From Promethearchaeota archaeon (GTDB taxonomy: Archaea; Asgardarchaeota; Thorarchaeia; Thorarchaeales; Thorarchaeaceae), in contig WJMJ01000151.1 of the NCBI GenBank assembly GCA_014728035.1, forward strand, positions 1 to 37,327: a DNA stretch of 37,327 nt, written 5' to 3'. The notes beneath the pieces are model-generated. The model searched no databases. It saw nothing but the letters and a program-made list of their open reading frames with translations, and was not told the DNA's origin. This document shows, in pieces, positions 28,123 through 37,327 of this stretch (position 1 is its first letter; each line of letters starts with the position of its first letter). The position numbers and the translations under genes are program-made.

Positions 28123-28288
28123 AAGTGTTATTAGGACAATATCCGGTACTGGTATATCCGCTAGGCGACTGAGAGAGAGAAAGAGGAAGTCGGCACCCCC
28201 AAGTTGGCATATTCAAGAATAACTCTATTTGGAGAGTATTCACGTCACATGAATTCTATTCCAGACGCCTTAGAGGAGGCGTCATGTT
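28123..28288 (+). promoter_or_regulatory. Promoter plus ~130-nt structured 5' leader with an SD-sequestering hairpin
   Basis: AAGTGTTATTAGG at 28123-28135; hairpin 28264-28283 (GACGCCTT-AGAG-GAGGCGTC) overlapping GGAGG 28275-28279; further stems at 28166-28170/28188-28192 and 28217-28241. Confidence 0.6.
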
Positions 28289-31200
28289 ATGGAGCGACGA
28301 AAACTGAAAGTCAAGCTCTTGACGATTTCTATCGTCTTGATCATGCTTGTAGGGATTGTCCCGCAGGCGGCTTTTGCTGGACAAGTTATGGAGGAAAACA
28401 ACGAGCTTTTCCCACGACCTTTTGATGGATACAATCTTGATACGATTTACATTTTTTACGACCCAACAGATGAAATCCTCAAGTCAGTGGGAGAAGGAGT
28501 TGAAGAATTACTGTCATTCCGATTGAATGGTGTAAAACTCATCCCGATCCAATCATATCAGCAGATGCAAGGATATCTGATTGATGGTCCATGGATTGCG
28601 ATTTATGCTTTGCAATCGGATTTAGATAGTGTGAATTTCCTTGATGAAGAAATTTCTTGGAAACATTTCTATTCTATTTTGAATGATTTTGAATCCACAG
28701 AACATGTTGTTGGAATGGCAAACACCCTCTCTCTTGATCCATTCATTAAATCAACTGATATACGTATTCATCATAGTCAATCGGAAGTGGAGGATGCACT
28801 TATTCTCCTACTCTACGATATGTGGTCTGTAAGTGAACTAGCAAAAAGACGCTCTCATATCCATTCTGATTATCTCAATGCATCACGTGACTTGGAAAAG
28901 ATGACATTAGAGGTCTATGCAGATCATTTCAATGAGATTTTCCAGCGTTCTATTGAACCGGTTGATGCAATTGGAGAAGCTAATCCTCTTGCTGCTGAAG
29001 AACGCCACAAGAAAATGATTGAACGTAATCCCGCACAGATAGAGGAAGCTGCATATATTCGAACAGAGGAAGGAGAACTTGTACCTGTTGATCCTGAAAA
29101 CCTACCTGAAGATTTCAATCCAGCTATTGCGTTAACAACAGCAGAAGATGTAGATTCAAACTCTTTCATCCTTGGTGAACTTCCATTTCTTTCAGGATTA
29201 CGTGGGCCAATAGGCAAAATTGTAGATGTGCTTCTTGATTTATTAAAAGGAGCAGGAAAGACTGTTCTGTCCATTCCTACTGATGCCATTGAATCGATAA
29301 AGGACATTTTTGAAACTATTCAACCTTATCTCGGAATCGTGTCTGACTTTGATGCAGAGAGTCCTCTAAAATCTCTCATCTCTGCCATTGCAGATGAGTT
29401 TCCGTTCCCAGCAAATCTTAAGAGCTATCTTGAACCGATTCTTAAAGCTCTATTCAATCTCCGTGGAGACCTTAGTAGCATCGTAGATGTCATCATGGAG
29501 CTCGTTCAGGGGCTTCTCCCAGAAGTTATCCCAACAGAGGTCATGTCGTTTTTGGATGATGTACTCGATATTGGTGGTGGCCTTTGGGATATGGTCTCAG
29601 ATGTTATCAGTAATGGCAAAGGCGCATTCGATACCATTCTTAGTTTTCTTACAAATAACGTGATGGAGGCACTCCTAAACAAGACTCTAGTGGCTACACT
29701 TGGAATTTCAGGAGATATCTCAAACCTGATTAATCGAGGTGTTGCTTTCATCCAATCAACAATCGGATATCTCAGTTCTCTAGATTTCACCAAGTTCATT
29801 GAGGATATCGGGGACAATCTTCTCAATTCAGCTCTTGGGCTTCTAGATAATGCTCCAGGACAAGAGGTTTTTCAGAAGATCATGTCTGTTGTTAAAATGG
29901 GTTTCTCTGTTGTTGACCTTATCGACAAATTCGATGCGGATTCACTAATGGAAATAGTAGCAGAACTTGTACAGGAATTCGCAGGAGCTTCGAATATAAT
30001 TGGTGAAGCTCAAGATTTTGCGGAAAAGTTACTCAATGTGACGAAACAGTTCTCTGAAGGACTGTCATCTGGACTCAGCAATTTCCGTAACCAGATTACT
30101 AGTCTTCTCACTCAATACCTTAAATCAGCTGTCCCAGAATCAACTCGCACACTCATAACAGATGCTATGGCGATGATTACTGGCTTTTTCCATGATGGTT
30201 TCGATCCATCTGCTTTACCAAATATCTTTGACATAGCTGAAGGATTGCTCAATGACCTAGGCCTTGACACTTCTACACTCAATTCTGTTGTTGATGCTAT
30301 GAACAATGCAGTCAAGCCAATCTTGGGAATCATCGCCACAGTTACAGATAGTGACGCTTTGAAGAAGATGATTGCAAATACCGTAAGTCAATTTGCTAGC
30401 TCTCTAGGCAATTTCCAAGATATCTTCAAGACTGCACTAAAATACTTGGATTTAGAAAATGTCTTTGGTTCTATACCAAACCTCGATGATGTCCTAGGCA
30501 CTTTCGGAAACATTGCTGGGGGAATTATGACCTTAGTAGGCTCAATTCGCGACCAGAGCTTTGAAGGTATTATGAATTCCCTTCTAGTGGCTGTCAGTTC
30601 AATTGTAGGCACCTTCCCTTCATTTGACGATGTTCCAATCGATGCAATGCTGAATCTTGTGAGCTCGTTCTTTCCAGAAGCATTTTCATTCCTGTCAGAT
30701 ATTCCATCGCCTGCAGAAGCAATCAACCAAGTTCTCGACATGGCGCAGGGCTTACTTTCTGGAATAATAGACATTCCAATTCTTGAGGACGTACTTGGTC
30801 TTCTGGGTGATGTCAGTGGGATATTCACTGACGGAATTCAATGGCTTCTAGGCAAGGCTTATGATTGGCTTACAGGTCAACTAACTCCATTATTGGAACA
30901 ACTAGAATCAATGATTAATGGAGCATTTGGTGGCCTATCAGATCTACTCGGTTTTGCAGGAGACCTGCCAATTGGTCTTGGTGAATGGTCACTATTCGTC
31001 CTTAGCTTCGATCTTGGCATTGAAGCAAACTTCCACATTAATCCCACTCCCTTCTTTGAATTTGTGAGAAGTATTCTCTTTGAGGGACGCTCACCCTTTA
31101 ATCTTGCATCACTGGGTGAATTCTTCAAGGTCCTTCTTTCATTCTTCGAGATATCACCTCAGTTCCGAGCTGAGTTAGGAGTATCTGGATTTGATTCATC

Positions 31201-34200
31201 CAAGAATGACTTCATGCAATATCTTCTTGGTTTCTTAGGCCTTGAAATATCGTTCTCAGGATATGCTAAATTTGTTCTAACCCTCTTTACCTTCCGTGAG
31301 GGAATGTTCCAATGGGAAGATTTCTTCAAGATAGTCGAATGGGTGCTTTCTCTTGACATAGCTATGTCCAAGACCATCACGCTGCTTGACCTCATTACCG
31401 GAGGTGTTGGTGGAGGAGTGCTGAGCAAGCTCGCCTCGTATATCGGTCTGGATGCAATCAAGATATCCATCTGGTTAGGATTAGAACTAGATATTATCAA
31501 AAAGGCAGCTACTGCAGTAGCTGCTGAGACCTCGACCTTGTCGTTCATACTGACACTAGGCGCGGCGGTCTCGCTTGGGATAGACATTATTGTTGCCTCA
31601 GCAAAATTAACTGGCTCACTAGAGATTATACTGTCCTTCTTCCAGGACTTTGCGTCTGCCAGTCCGATGAAAATAGTATTGTCTTTGGTTCTAACCTTGA
31701 AGTTGAAGATTAAGTTCCTCTGGAGTACGTGGAAGAAGACGTGGACTTGGCAACCAGGCGGTCCCTGGGACCTTAGTCCTAACAAAGGAGACCCCGAGTA
31801 TGAGAATTCAGGTGTTGGATTTGATTCTGATGGTGATGGACTCTCTGATGATTATGAGTCTACCATACCTGGTCTTGATCCCTATTCTGCTGACACCGAT
31901 AATGATGGAGCTTCAGATAAATTAGAAGTTCAGACTATGGGTTCAGATCCGACAGTACCTGATACAGATGGCGATAATCTTCTTGATGGAGAAGAGTGGG
32001 ACCTCGGTACTAATCCAATGCGTCCAGATTCAGACTGGGATGGCACTGACGATTACAATGAGGTCAAGGTCTACAATACCGACCCTCTCTCACAAGATAC
32101 AGATGGCGATGGCCTTTCTGATACCTATGAAATCGAGACCTCTTACAACATGAGTAGTGTCTGGGTACCCCCTGGAACTGAGATTATTGTGTACATTGGT
32201 GGCACTGCCTATACTGACCATACTGACCCTCTTGTAGCTGATACTGATGGTGATACAATTGTTGATGGTGACGAAGGAGTCACTGGCGCTTACTATGGTA
32301 CTGAGGCTCTCTATAATGATACTGAAGAAACCGAAGGTTCAGGTGATTGGGTCATGGATCCTAATCCACTCATCTTCAATAATGGCTTTACTCACCCCTT
32401 AGACCCAGATACAGATGACGATAGCTGGTATCAGCTCTACAACGGTGATGTTGACACACAACTTCCGGATTACTACCTGATGGATATGAACGATGGTGTC
32501 GAGATAGCTGGATTTTGGATTATCGTCTATGATGATGAAGGAGAACCTGAAAATAAACAGGTGTTCACGAATCCATGCAATCCCGATACAGACGGAGATA
32601 CTGGCGTAACTGATAGAACTCCACAACCAGGTGCATGGCTCAACTCAGACGGATACGAACTTGCGCAGACTCCACCCACAGACCCAACTGATGGGGATTC
32701 AGATGACGATGGGCTCTTAGATGGGCTCGAAGGAGTGCTAGCCCAATTCAGTAATCACACTAATGCCAACGATGCTGATACTGATGATGACGGTTTGTTT
32801 GATATGCAGGAGATACTACTTGGTACTGACCCACGTTCACAAGATTCAGATTTCGATATGATAAGTGATGGTGATGAATTCTATATCTTCTTTACAGACC
32901 CTATGGTGTTTGATAGTGATCAAGATGGTGTGAGCGATGGTGAGGAGGTGTATTTCTTCCATAGCAATCCTATGATTGATGACAGCGATGGAGATGGAAT
33001 CACCGACGGAGATGAAATACTGAAATATCTTTCAGATCCGATGGATGAGGATTCAGATAATGATGGTCTGACCGACTTCGAAGAGATTTTCATCTATTAC
33101 ACCTCGCCATTCACTTATGATACAGACGGAGATAATCTATCCGATGGCAGTGAAGTAAAGGAATACGGAACTGACCCGCTTAATTGGGACACAGATGCGG
33201 ATTCTATAACTGAACCGAATGAATATGGTGAGATGACATTCCCAATGTCGGATTATCATGAAGTTATGATTTACCCGACTGATCCTACGATGGCCGATAC
33301 CGATTCAGATGGTCTTTCAGACTCTTTGGAGCTCTACCTTGGCTCTGGGTTGATTCCATGGATGGACCCGATTCCGCTCGATCCAACAAGCAACGATACC
33401 GATCAGGACTGGCTTGTGGATGGTTCGGAGTTACTGATGCAAAATGTATCAGGCATTATCTATCCTTATGTGGCAATATTCCCAGTTCTTAGGTTCAATA
33501 CCTCACCTACAGTTATGGATACTGATAATGACACACTCACGGATTATCAAGAAGTGATGGTCTTTAATTCAGAGCCTGACCAGATTGATACTGATAATGA
33601 TACCATTCCTGACTGGTGGGAGATTTGGGTATATAACACATCAGCTATCTATAATGATACTGATGGTGATGGTCTCGAAGACCAGTTTGAGACGCTGCAG
33701 CAAGTATGGCCGTATGGTGATTGGCCGCCTACGAATTGGTCGATAGGACTAACTAGCGAGAACGAATCTGCTGAGATAACGCCATATTACTTAGCTCAGA
33801 CTTACACTATACCTGATACTGCTACTGTATTATGGGACCCAGATGACTATACACCGATGTATCCAACAGGGGTATTGAATCCCGATTCAGATGCTGATTG
33901 GTTGCCAGATGGTTCAGAAATTCAGTTCTATGGCTCCAATCCAATGGATTCGGATTCTGATGGTGATGGTATCGCGGATACTTATGAGTTCGATAGTGAT
34001 TTCGATTCACTCTCTGACGGTATGGAGTTCAAACTAGGATTACAAACAGCTGCGGGTGGAGGTATCTTCAATCCAGACAGCGATCGAGACGGGCTGATGG
34101 ATGGAGTTGAATATTACGAATATGGCACAGACCCATTGTTAGCTGATACTGATTCAGATGGCTATGGAGACGGTCTCGAGGTCATGGTCGGAACAGACCC

Positions 34201-34774
34201 GTTGTCATATACAAGTAAGGAGGAGTTCGAGATTCATCTTGCTACTCAGAGGGGACTGTATTCGATGAAGATTACAATTCCTGTTGAGGGTGCGGAGGCC
34301 TTTCAGAACACACAGATTACAGTAATCAATTACACAGATTTCCAAGATATGTATTTCAGATATAACAATGGATCTGGATGGAGTGAAAATATCACAATGG
34401 AATATTATCCTCCTGGTGGCGTTTGGACAAGTATTGACATGCGATGGAATCCTGGTGAGTACGAAGTCCAAGTCTTCGGTCTGAACAACACTGGCATTAT
34501 CCACGCACAGACGGTACACTTTACTGTACAACCTGGAGATGATCCTTGGTTGTTGTACCTAATAGCTGGAATAGCTGTAGCTGGGGTCACGATTGTTTCT
34601 GTTGGTTATGTCGGACATCGCAAAGGCTGGTGGTCTCGACTGAAGGAGAAAGTCAGACCTGGTGACGACAAGGGCAAGAAGTCCACCAAGAAAAAAGAGA
34701 CCAAGAGCAAGAAGAAAACGAAGAAGAGTAAGAAGAAATCCGGCCCGGATGAGGGCGATAAGGGAGGTGCATGA
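28289..34774 (+). CDS. Giant (2161 aa) membrane-anchored surface protein with a long amphipathic helical region, a beta-rich region and TSP3-like Ca-binding repeats
   Basis: Signal peptide MERRKLKVKLLTISIVL; about 26 D[ST]DxDG-type repeats; Ig-like domain; C-terminal TM followed by a Lys-rich tail. Confidence 0.9.
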   Translation: MERRKLKVKLLTISIVLIMLVGIVPQAAFAGQVMEENNELFPRPFDGYNLDTIYIFYDPTDEILKSVGEGVEELLSFRLNGVKLIPIQSYQQMQGYLIDGPWIAIYALQSDLDSVNFLDEEISWKHFYSILNDFESTEHVVGMANTLSLDPFIKSTDIRIHHSQSEVEDALILLLYDMWSVSELAKRRSHIHSDYLNASRDLEKMTLEVYADHFNEIFQRSIEPVDAIGEANPLAAEERHKKMIERNPAQIEEAAYIRTEEGELVPVDPENLPEDFNPAIALTTAEDVDSNSFILGELPFLSGLRGPIGKIVDVLLDLLKGAGKTVLSIPTDAIESIKDIFETIQPYLGIVSDFDAESPLKSLISAIADEFPFPANLKSYLEPILKALFNLRGDLSSIVDVIMELVQGLLPEVIPTEVMSFLDDVLDIGGGLWDMVSDVISNGKGAFDTILSFLTNNVMEALLNKTLVATLGISGDISNLINRGVAFIQSTIGYLSSLDFTKFIEDIGDNLLNSALGLLDNAPGQEVFQKIMSVVKMGFSVVDLIDKFDADSLMEIVAELVQEFAGASNIIGEAQDFAEKLLNVTKQFSEGLSSGLSNFRNQITSLLTQYLKSAVPESTRTLITDAMAMITGFFHDGFDPSALPNIFDIAEGLLNDLGLDTSTLNSVVDAMNNAVKPILGIIATVTDSDALKKMIANTVSQFASSLGNFQDIFKTALKYLDLENVFGSIPNLDDVLGTFGNIAGGIMTLVGSIRDQSFEGIMNSLLVAVSSIVGTFPSFDDVPIDAMLNLVSSFFPEAFSFLSDIPSPAEAINQVLDMAQGLLSGIIDIPILEDVLGLLGDVSGIFTDGIQWLLGKAYDWLTGQLTPLLEQLESMINGAFGGLSDLLGFAGDLPIGLGEWSLFVLSFDLGIEANFHINPTPFFEFVRSILFEGRSPFNLASLGEFFKVLLSFFEISPQFRAELGVSGFDSSKNDFMQYLLGFLGLEISFSGYAKFVLTLFTFREGMFQWEDFFKIVEWVLSLDIAMSKTITLLDLITGGVGGGVLSKLASYIGLDAIKISIWLGLELDIIKKAATAVAAETSTLSFILTLGAAVSLGIDIIVASAKLTGSLEIILSFFQDFASASPMKIVLSLVLTLKLKIKFLWSTWKKTWTWQPGGPWDLSPNKGDPEYENSGVGFDSDGDGLSDDYESTIPGLDPYSADTDNDGASDKLEVQTMGSDPTVPDTDGDNLLDGEEWDLGTNPMRPDSDWDGTDDYNEVKVYNTDPLSQDTDGDGLSDTYEIETSYNMSSVWVPPGTEIIVYIGGTAYTDHTDPLVADTDGDTIVDGDEGVTGAYYGTEALYNDTEETEGSGDWVMDPNPLIFNNGFTHPLDPDTDDDSWYQLYNGDVDTQLPDYYLMDMNDGVEIAGFWIIVYDDEGEPENKQVFTNPCNPDTDGDTGVTDRTPQPGAWLNSDGYELAQTPPTDPTDGDSDDDGLLDGLEGVLAQFSNHTNANDADTDDDGLFDMQEILLGTDPRSQDSDFDMISDGDEFYIFFTDPMVFDSDQDGVSDGEEVYFFHSNPMIDDSDGDGITDGDEILKYLSDPMDEDSDNDGLTDFEEIFIYYTSPFTYDTDGDNLSDGSEVKEYGTDPLNWDTDADSITEPNEYGEMTFPMSDYHEVMIYPTDPTMADTDSDGLSDSLELYLGSGLIPWMDPIPLDPTSNDTDQDWLVDGSELLMQNVSGIIYPYVAIFPVLRFNTSPTVMDTDNDTLTDYQEVMVFNSEPDQIDTDNDTIPDWWEIWVYNTSAIYNDTDGDGLEDQFETLQQVWPYGDWPPTNWSIGLTSENESAEITPYYLAQTYTIPDTATVLWDPDDYTPMYPTGVLNPDSDADWLPDGSEIQFYGSNPMDSDSDGDGIADTYEFDSDFDSLSDGMEFKLGLQTAAGGGIFNPDSDRDGLMDGVEYYEYGTDPLLADTDSDGYGDGLEVMVGTDPLSYTSKEEFEIHLATQRGLYSMKITIPVEGAEAFQNTQITVINYTDFQDMYFRYNNGSGWSENITMEYYPPGGVWTSIDMRWNPGEYEVQVFGLNNTGIIHAQTVHFTVQPGDDPWLLYLIAGIAVAGVTIVSVGYVGHRKGWWSRLKEKVRPGDDKGKKSTKKKETKSKKKTKKSKKKSGPDEGDKGGA
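31823..34201 (+). repeat. Coding array of bacterial/archaeal thrombospondin type 3-like (DTDGDGLSD.EE...GTDP) repeats
   Basis: About 26 degenerate copies counted by eye, many with a ~22-23 aa period. Confidence 0.85.
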
Positions 34775-34775
34775 A

Positions 34776-37327
34776 GTGAAGACACGAATACTAACACTTT
34801 CGTTCATGCTGGTACTATTAGTTGGAACCTTTGGAATTATTCCCAGTCTGCCCCTCTTGGCAGGCCAAATAACTCCAGAAGATTTAGCTACTGATGTACC
34901 TGATAATATCATGGACATGAGTATACCTGAGGTCAACGCTGATTTAGCAGAGGCTGACCCGAACTATCCAGAGGATGTAGACCTAGGAACCCTGCTGGGT
35001 GATAATGATAATCAATATACCCCGATTTTCGAGCCGTGGAAGTCCAAGGCTGCCATTCACGCTATTGCATACGACGAGGAGACTGGTCTTCTTGCATTAG
35101 GAGGCGGCTATCTTTACGATAATGAGATTCACATTTTTAGACTTAATATTGAAACCAACTCTTTCGATAAAGTATGGGATACTGGTGATAGTCTTTTGAC
35201 CAGTGATGTCATGAGTCTAGCTTTTGGCGATACCGACCTGAATGACTTCATGGAGATTGCAGCTGGCTGCTCCGATGGTCATGTCTATGTGTTTGAACAG
35301 CGTCACCTCTACGACCCATTTGCAAACACCGAGAATCAATTCGATCTCGTCTGGAAGTCAGAATCTTTTGATAGAGTATGGGCTGTGACTATTGCCGATG
35401 TTGACCGGGATTATCGACCAGATATCATTGCTGGAGGCTGGGACGGTTATGTTCACATTTTCGAATATGATAATCACTCAGGATATCCATTCAATGAGGA
35501 ACACTGGATTACCTACAGAGAGGTTTCAACACTCGAAGTTGGTGAACGAGTATACAGTATTGCAACTGGAGACACGAATGTTAATGGTCTACCAGAGATT
35601 ATTGTCGGCACCCGTGCTGGAACTGTCTATGTCTTTGAAAATGATGGACTTTCTATCATGATTAATGGTTATCCCTTCCCATTGATTAACGATAATCACT
35701 ACTACCTGAATTGGACCAGTGAGGACTATACTTGGACACCAATTCGTTCTATGGAAATAGGTGAGTTGGACGGTGATATCGGAGAAGAGCTTGTTATAGT
35801 TGCACAGGGTCAGGGTGTATTTACTCTGGACTGGGACTTTAGCAGTCGCACGTATGTCTATGAGAAAGTCTACAAACAATATGAGGCTTGGGAAACATTT
35901 GGCTACTGGGGTCTCGATTACTGGGCTGACCGAGTCATCTCAGCAAATAACGTAACTTTCGATGACCCAGATAATACCAGTATAGAAGTCTATGAACCAA
36001 TTCAGTACGAATATACTGGTAGTGGATTCGAGCCAGACGCCAGTGTCTATCCATATAACACTGCAATGGCAACTGAAACCGACAATCGATATTCTACCTT
36101 TGATTCTTCTATCTCTGGTGTAGACAATGCGACAGCCATTATTGACTTCGGACATGATGAGGAGGGAACTGGCAGTGCTAATGATGACTATGATGTTTGG
36201 ATTACTTTCAGCAATCCTCTTGATAGTGGAATTTGGAGTGATTTCAATTTCAGTATTTCAAAGGATGGAATCGATTTTGAACAAGTTTCTATTTTTCACT
36301 GGGTTTACTCAGGAAATGTGCTTAAGATTGATGTTGATGATGCTCTATCTCGGCGAAAGTGGGATTATTTCCAGTACGTCAAGATTTCGGTGTTCAATGA
36401 CGCAGTCTATGAGATCGACTCTTTGGAACTGATGCAGGTCTATAATCTTCTTACTGACGTGCTGAGTGTTGAGATTGGTCCACTTAATTTGGATAAGTCA
36501 ACATACTTGAGTGACTCGACCGAGTTGGATAAAATTCTAGCAGGTACAGTGACAGGTGAGATGATTGGAATCTTCTGGAATACAACATCAGATCGATATG
36601 ACATTTTTTGGGAGAGCGGTGATGATGACTCTTACACATTTGGTGCGAATATGTGGGATATTGAACATATTCCTGGAATTGAGCCCAATGTACCGAACTG
36701 GCGTCTGATGACAGGAACCTACATGCATCCTGATTCCGGTTTAACGTATAATTCATGGAGTTGGGGATTTCTAAACTTCAGTTACGTTCCAATGCATATG
36801 ATGGGTACAAAGAACTCCGCGATTCGAGCCTACGACCTTTATGGCAGCTTGGATGGTGGAACAAATCTCCAGCTTGATATGATCAACACACACCTAGCTG
36901 GCTTAGGTAGTTTTGGATGGGAGCATACTTCTGTTGAGACCCCCTACCTCCCCGCTCAGGAACCAATGACGAATTCACTTCCAATGGTTGCGGTAGGACT
37001 TTATCGACCTGAAGTTGGTATTGATACACTGGGTGGATTAACAAAAGGAAATATTCGTTTCTACTACCGAAGTACAACCACTGAAACTTTTGAACAGTAC
37101 AAGGAAATCTGGGAACTTGATACAACTGGAGAATTGACCCAGCTTATTGGTCTCTCAAAGACAACACCCAAAATGGATTTTGAAGACTATGATAGCGATG
37201 GCGACAAAGATATGATTGTATCAAACGGGCATATCTATCTTGCAAAGAACACTTACTTTGAAACTGAAGAAGAATCTGGAACCGCATGGTTGAATTTCAC
37301 TCTGGTACATGGATACTTTGATGACAT
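34776..37327 (+). CDS. Large secreted FG-GAP/VCBS-repeat (integrin-alpha-like beta-propeller) protein, truncated by the right edge
   Basis: Not in the ORF track (no stop in the window). GGAGGTG at 34763-34769, then GTG 34776: (V)KTRILTLSFMLVLLVG signal peptide. Repeats include FGDTDLNDFMEIAAGCSDGHVYVFE, IADVDRDYRPDIIAGGWDGYVHIFE, TGDTNVNGLPEIIVGTRAGTVYVFE and FEDYDSDGDKDMIVS. The same frame reads sensibly at the window end. Confidence 0.88.
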   Translation, partial: MKTRILTLSFMLVLLVGTFGIIPSLPLLAGQITPEDLATDVPDNIMDMSIPEVNADLAEADPNYPEDVDLGTLLGDNDNQYTPIFEPWKSKAAIHAIAYDEETGLLALGGGYLYDNEIHIFRLNIETNSFDKVWDTGDSLLTSDVMSLAFGDTDLNDFMEIAAGCSDGHVYVFEQRHLYDPFANTENQFDLVWKSESFDRVWAVTIADVDRDYRPDIIAGGWDGYVHIFEYDNHSGYPFNEEHWITYREVSTLEVGERVYSIATGDTNVNGLPEIIVGTRAGTVYVFENDGLSIMINGYPFPLINDNHYYLNWTSEDYTWTPIRSMEIGELDGDIGEELVIVAQGQGVFTLDWDFSSRTYVYEKVYKQYEAWETFGYWGLDYWADRVISANNVTFDDPDNTSIEVYEPIQYEYTGSGFEPDASVYPYNTAMATETDNRYSTFDSSISGVDNATAIIDFGHDEEGTGSANDDYDVWITFSNPLDSGIWSDFNFSISKDGIDFEQVSIFHWVYSGNVLKIDVDDALSRRKWDYFQYVKISVFNDAVYEIDSLELMQVYNLLTDVLSVEIGPLNLDKSTYLSDSTELDKILAGTVTGEMIGIFWNTTSDRYDIFWESGDDDSYTFGANMWDIEHIPGIEPNVPNWRLMTGTYMHPDSGLTYNSWSWGFLNFSYVPMHMMGTKNSAIRAYDLYGSLDGGTNLQLDMINTHLAGLGSFGWEHTSVETPYLPAQEPMTNSLPMVAVGLYRPEVGIDTLGGLTKGNIRFYYRSTTTETFEQYKEIWELDTTGELTQLIGLSKTTPKMDFEDYDSDGDKDMIVSNGHIYLAKNTYFETEEESGTAWLNFTLVHGYFDD

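Noticed and set aside
28204-28425. 73-aa Cys-containing ORF overlapping the giant gene start, and a 7-codon ORF at ATG 28284
   Set aside because: Out-of-frame overlaps with the signal-peptide coding region; SD spacing favours ATG 28289; no independent support.
31823-34201. Regularly spaced GATAC(T/A)GATGG-like DNA repeats suggesting a CRISPR array or DGR
   Set aside because: The repeats are degenerate at third codon positions and encode TSP3 motifs; no cas or reverse transcriptase gene is present.
34772-34774. TGA as selenocysteine or read-through joining the two giant ORFs
   Set aside because: The downstream gene is in another frame with its own SD and signal peptide, and the read-through frame closes after about 40 codons.
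2063-37125. Numerous 60-210 aa ORFs antisense or out of frame to larger genes (e.g. 2063-2332, 15383-15775, 24223-24675, 31159-31785, 35392-35661, 36127-36432)
   Set aside because: They lie within well-supported CDSs, have no motifs and are typical shadow ORFs.

Overview
Archaeal DNA, most likely an Asgard archaeon (Thorarchaeia-like). This is inferred from three small Ras/Rab-type GTPases, V4R proteins, an LRR protein, C-terminally anchored beta-helix surface proteins, and archaeal BRE/TATA and GGTGA/GGAGG ribosome-binding signals. Left to right: (1) a divergent C50-carotenoid (bacterioruberin-type) cluster, crtI(partial)-crtB <-> crtD-lyeJ-cruF; (2) two pairs of tandem paralogs, a DOMON/FKBP surface protein, a beta-helix surface protein, an orphan GT-B transferase, an LRR protein and a GNAT; (3) two copies of a three-gene module, small GTPase + Zn-ribbon/winged-helix protein + V4R (Bet3/TRAPP-fold) protein, flanking a geranylgeranyl reductase; (4) an EamA transporter, CopA, a strongly Rab-like GTPase and a second beta-helix protein; (5) an operon of giant surface proteins: a 2161-aa TSP3-repeat protein and an FG-GAP-repeat protein that runs off the right edge and is missing from the ORF track. 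Best candidates for new biology are the duplicated GTPase/Zn-wHTH/V4R module and two structured 5' leaders that sequester the ribosome-binding site (before crtB and before the giant operon). No rRNA, tRNA, CRISPR array or mobile element was recognised. All assignments come from reading motifs by eye; no searches or folding programs were run.
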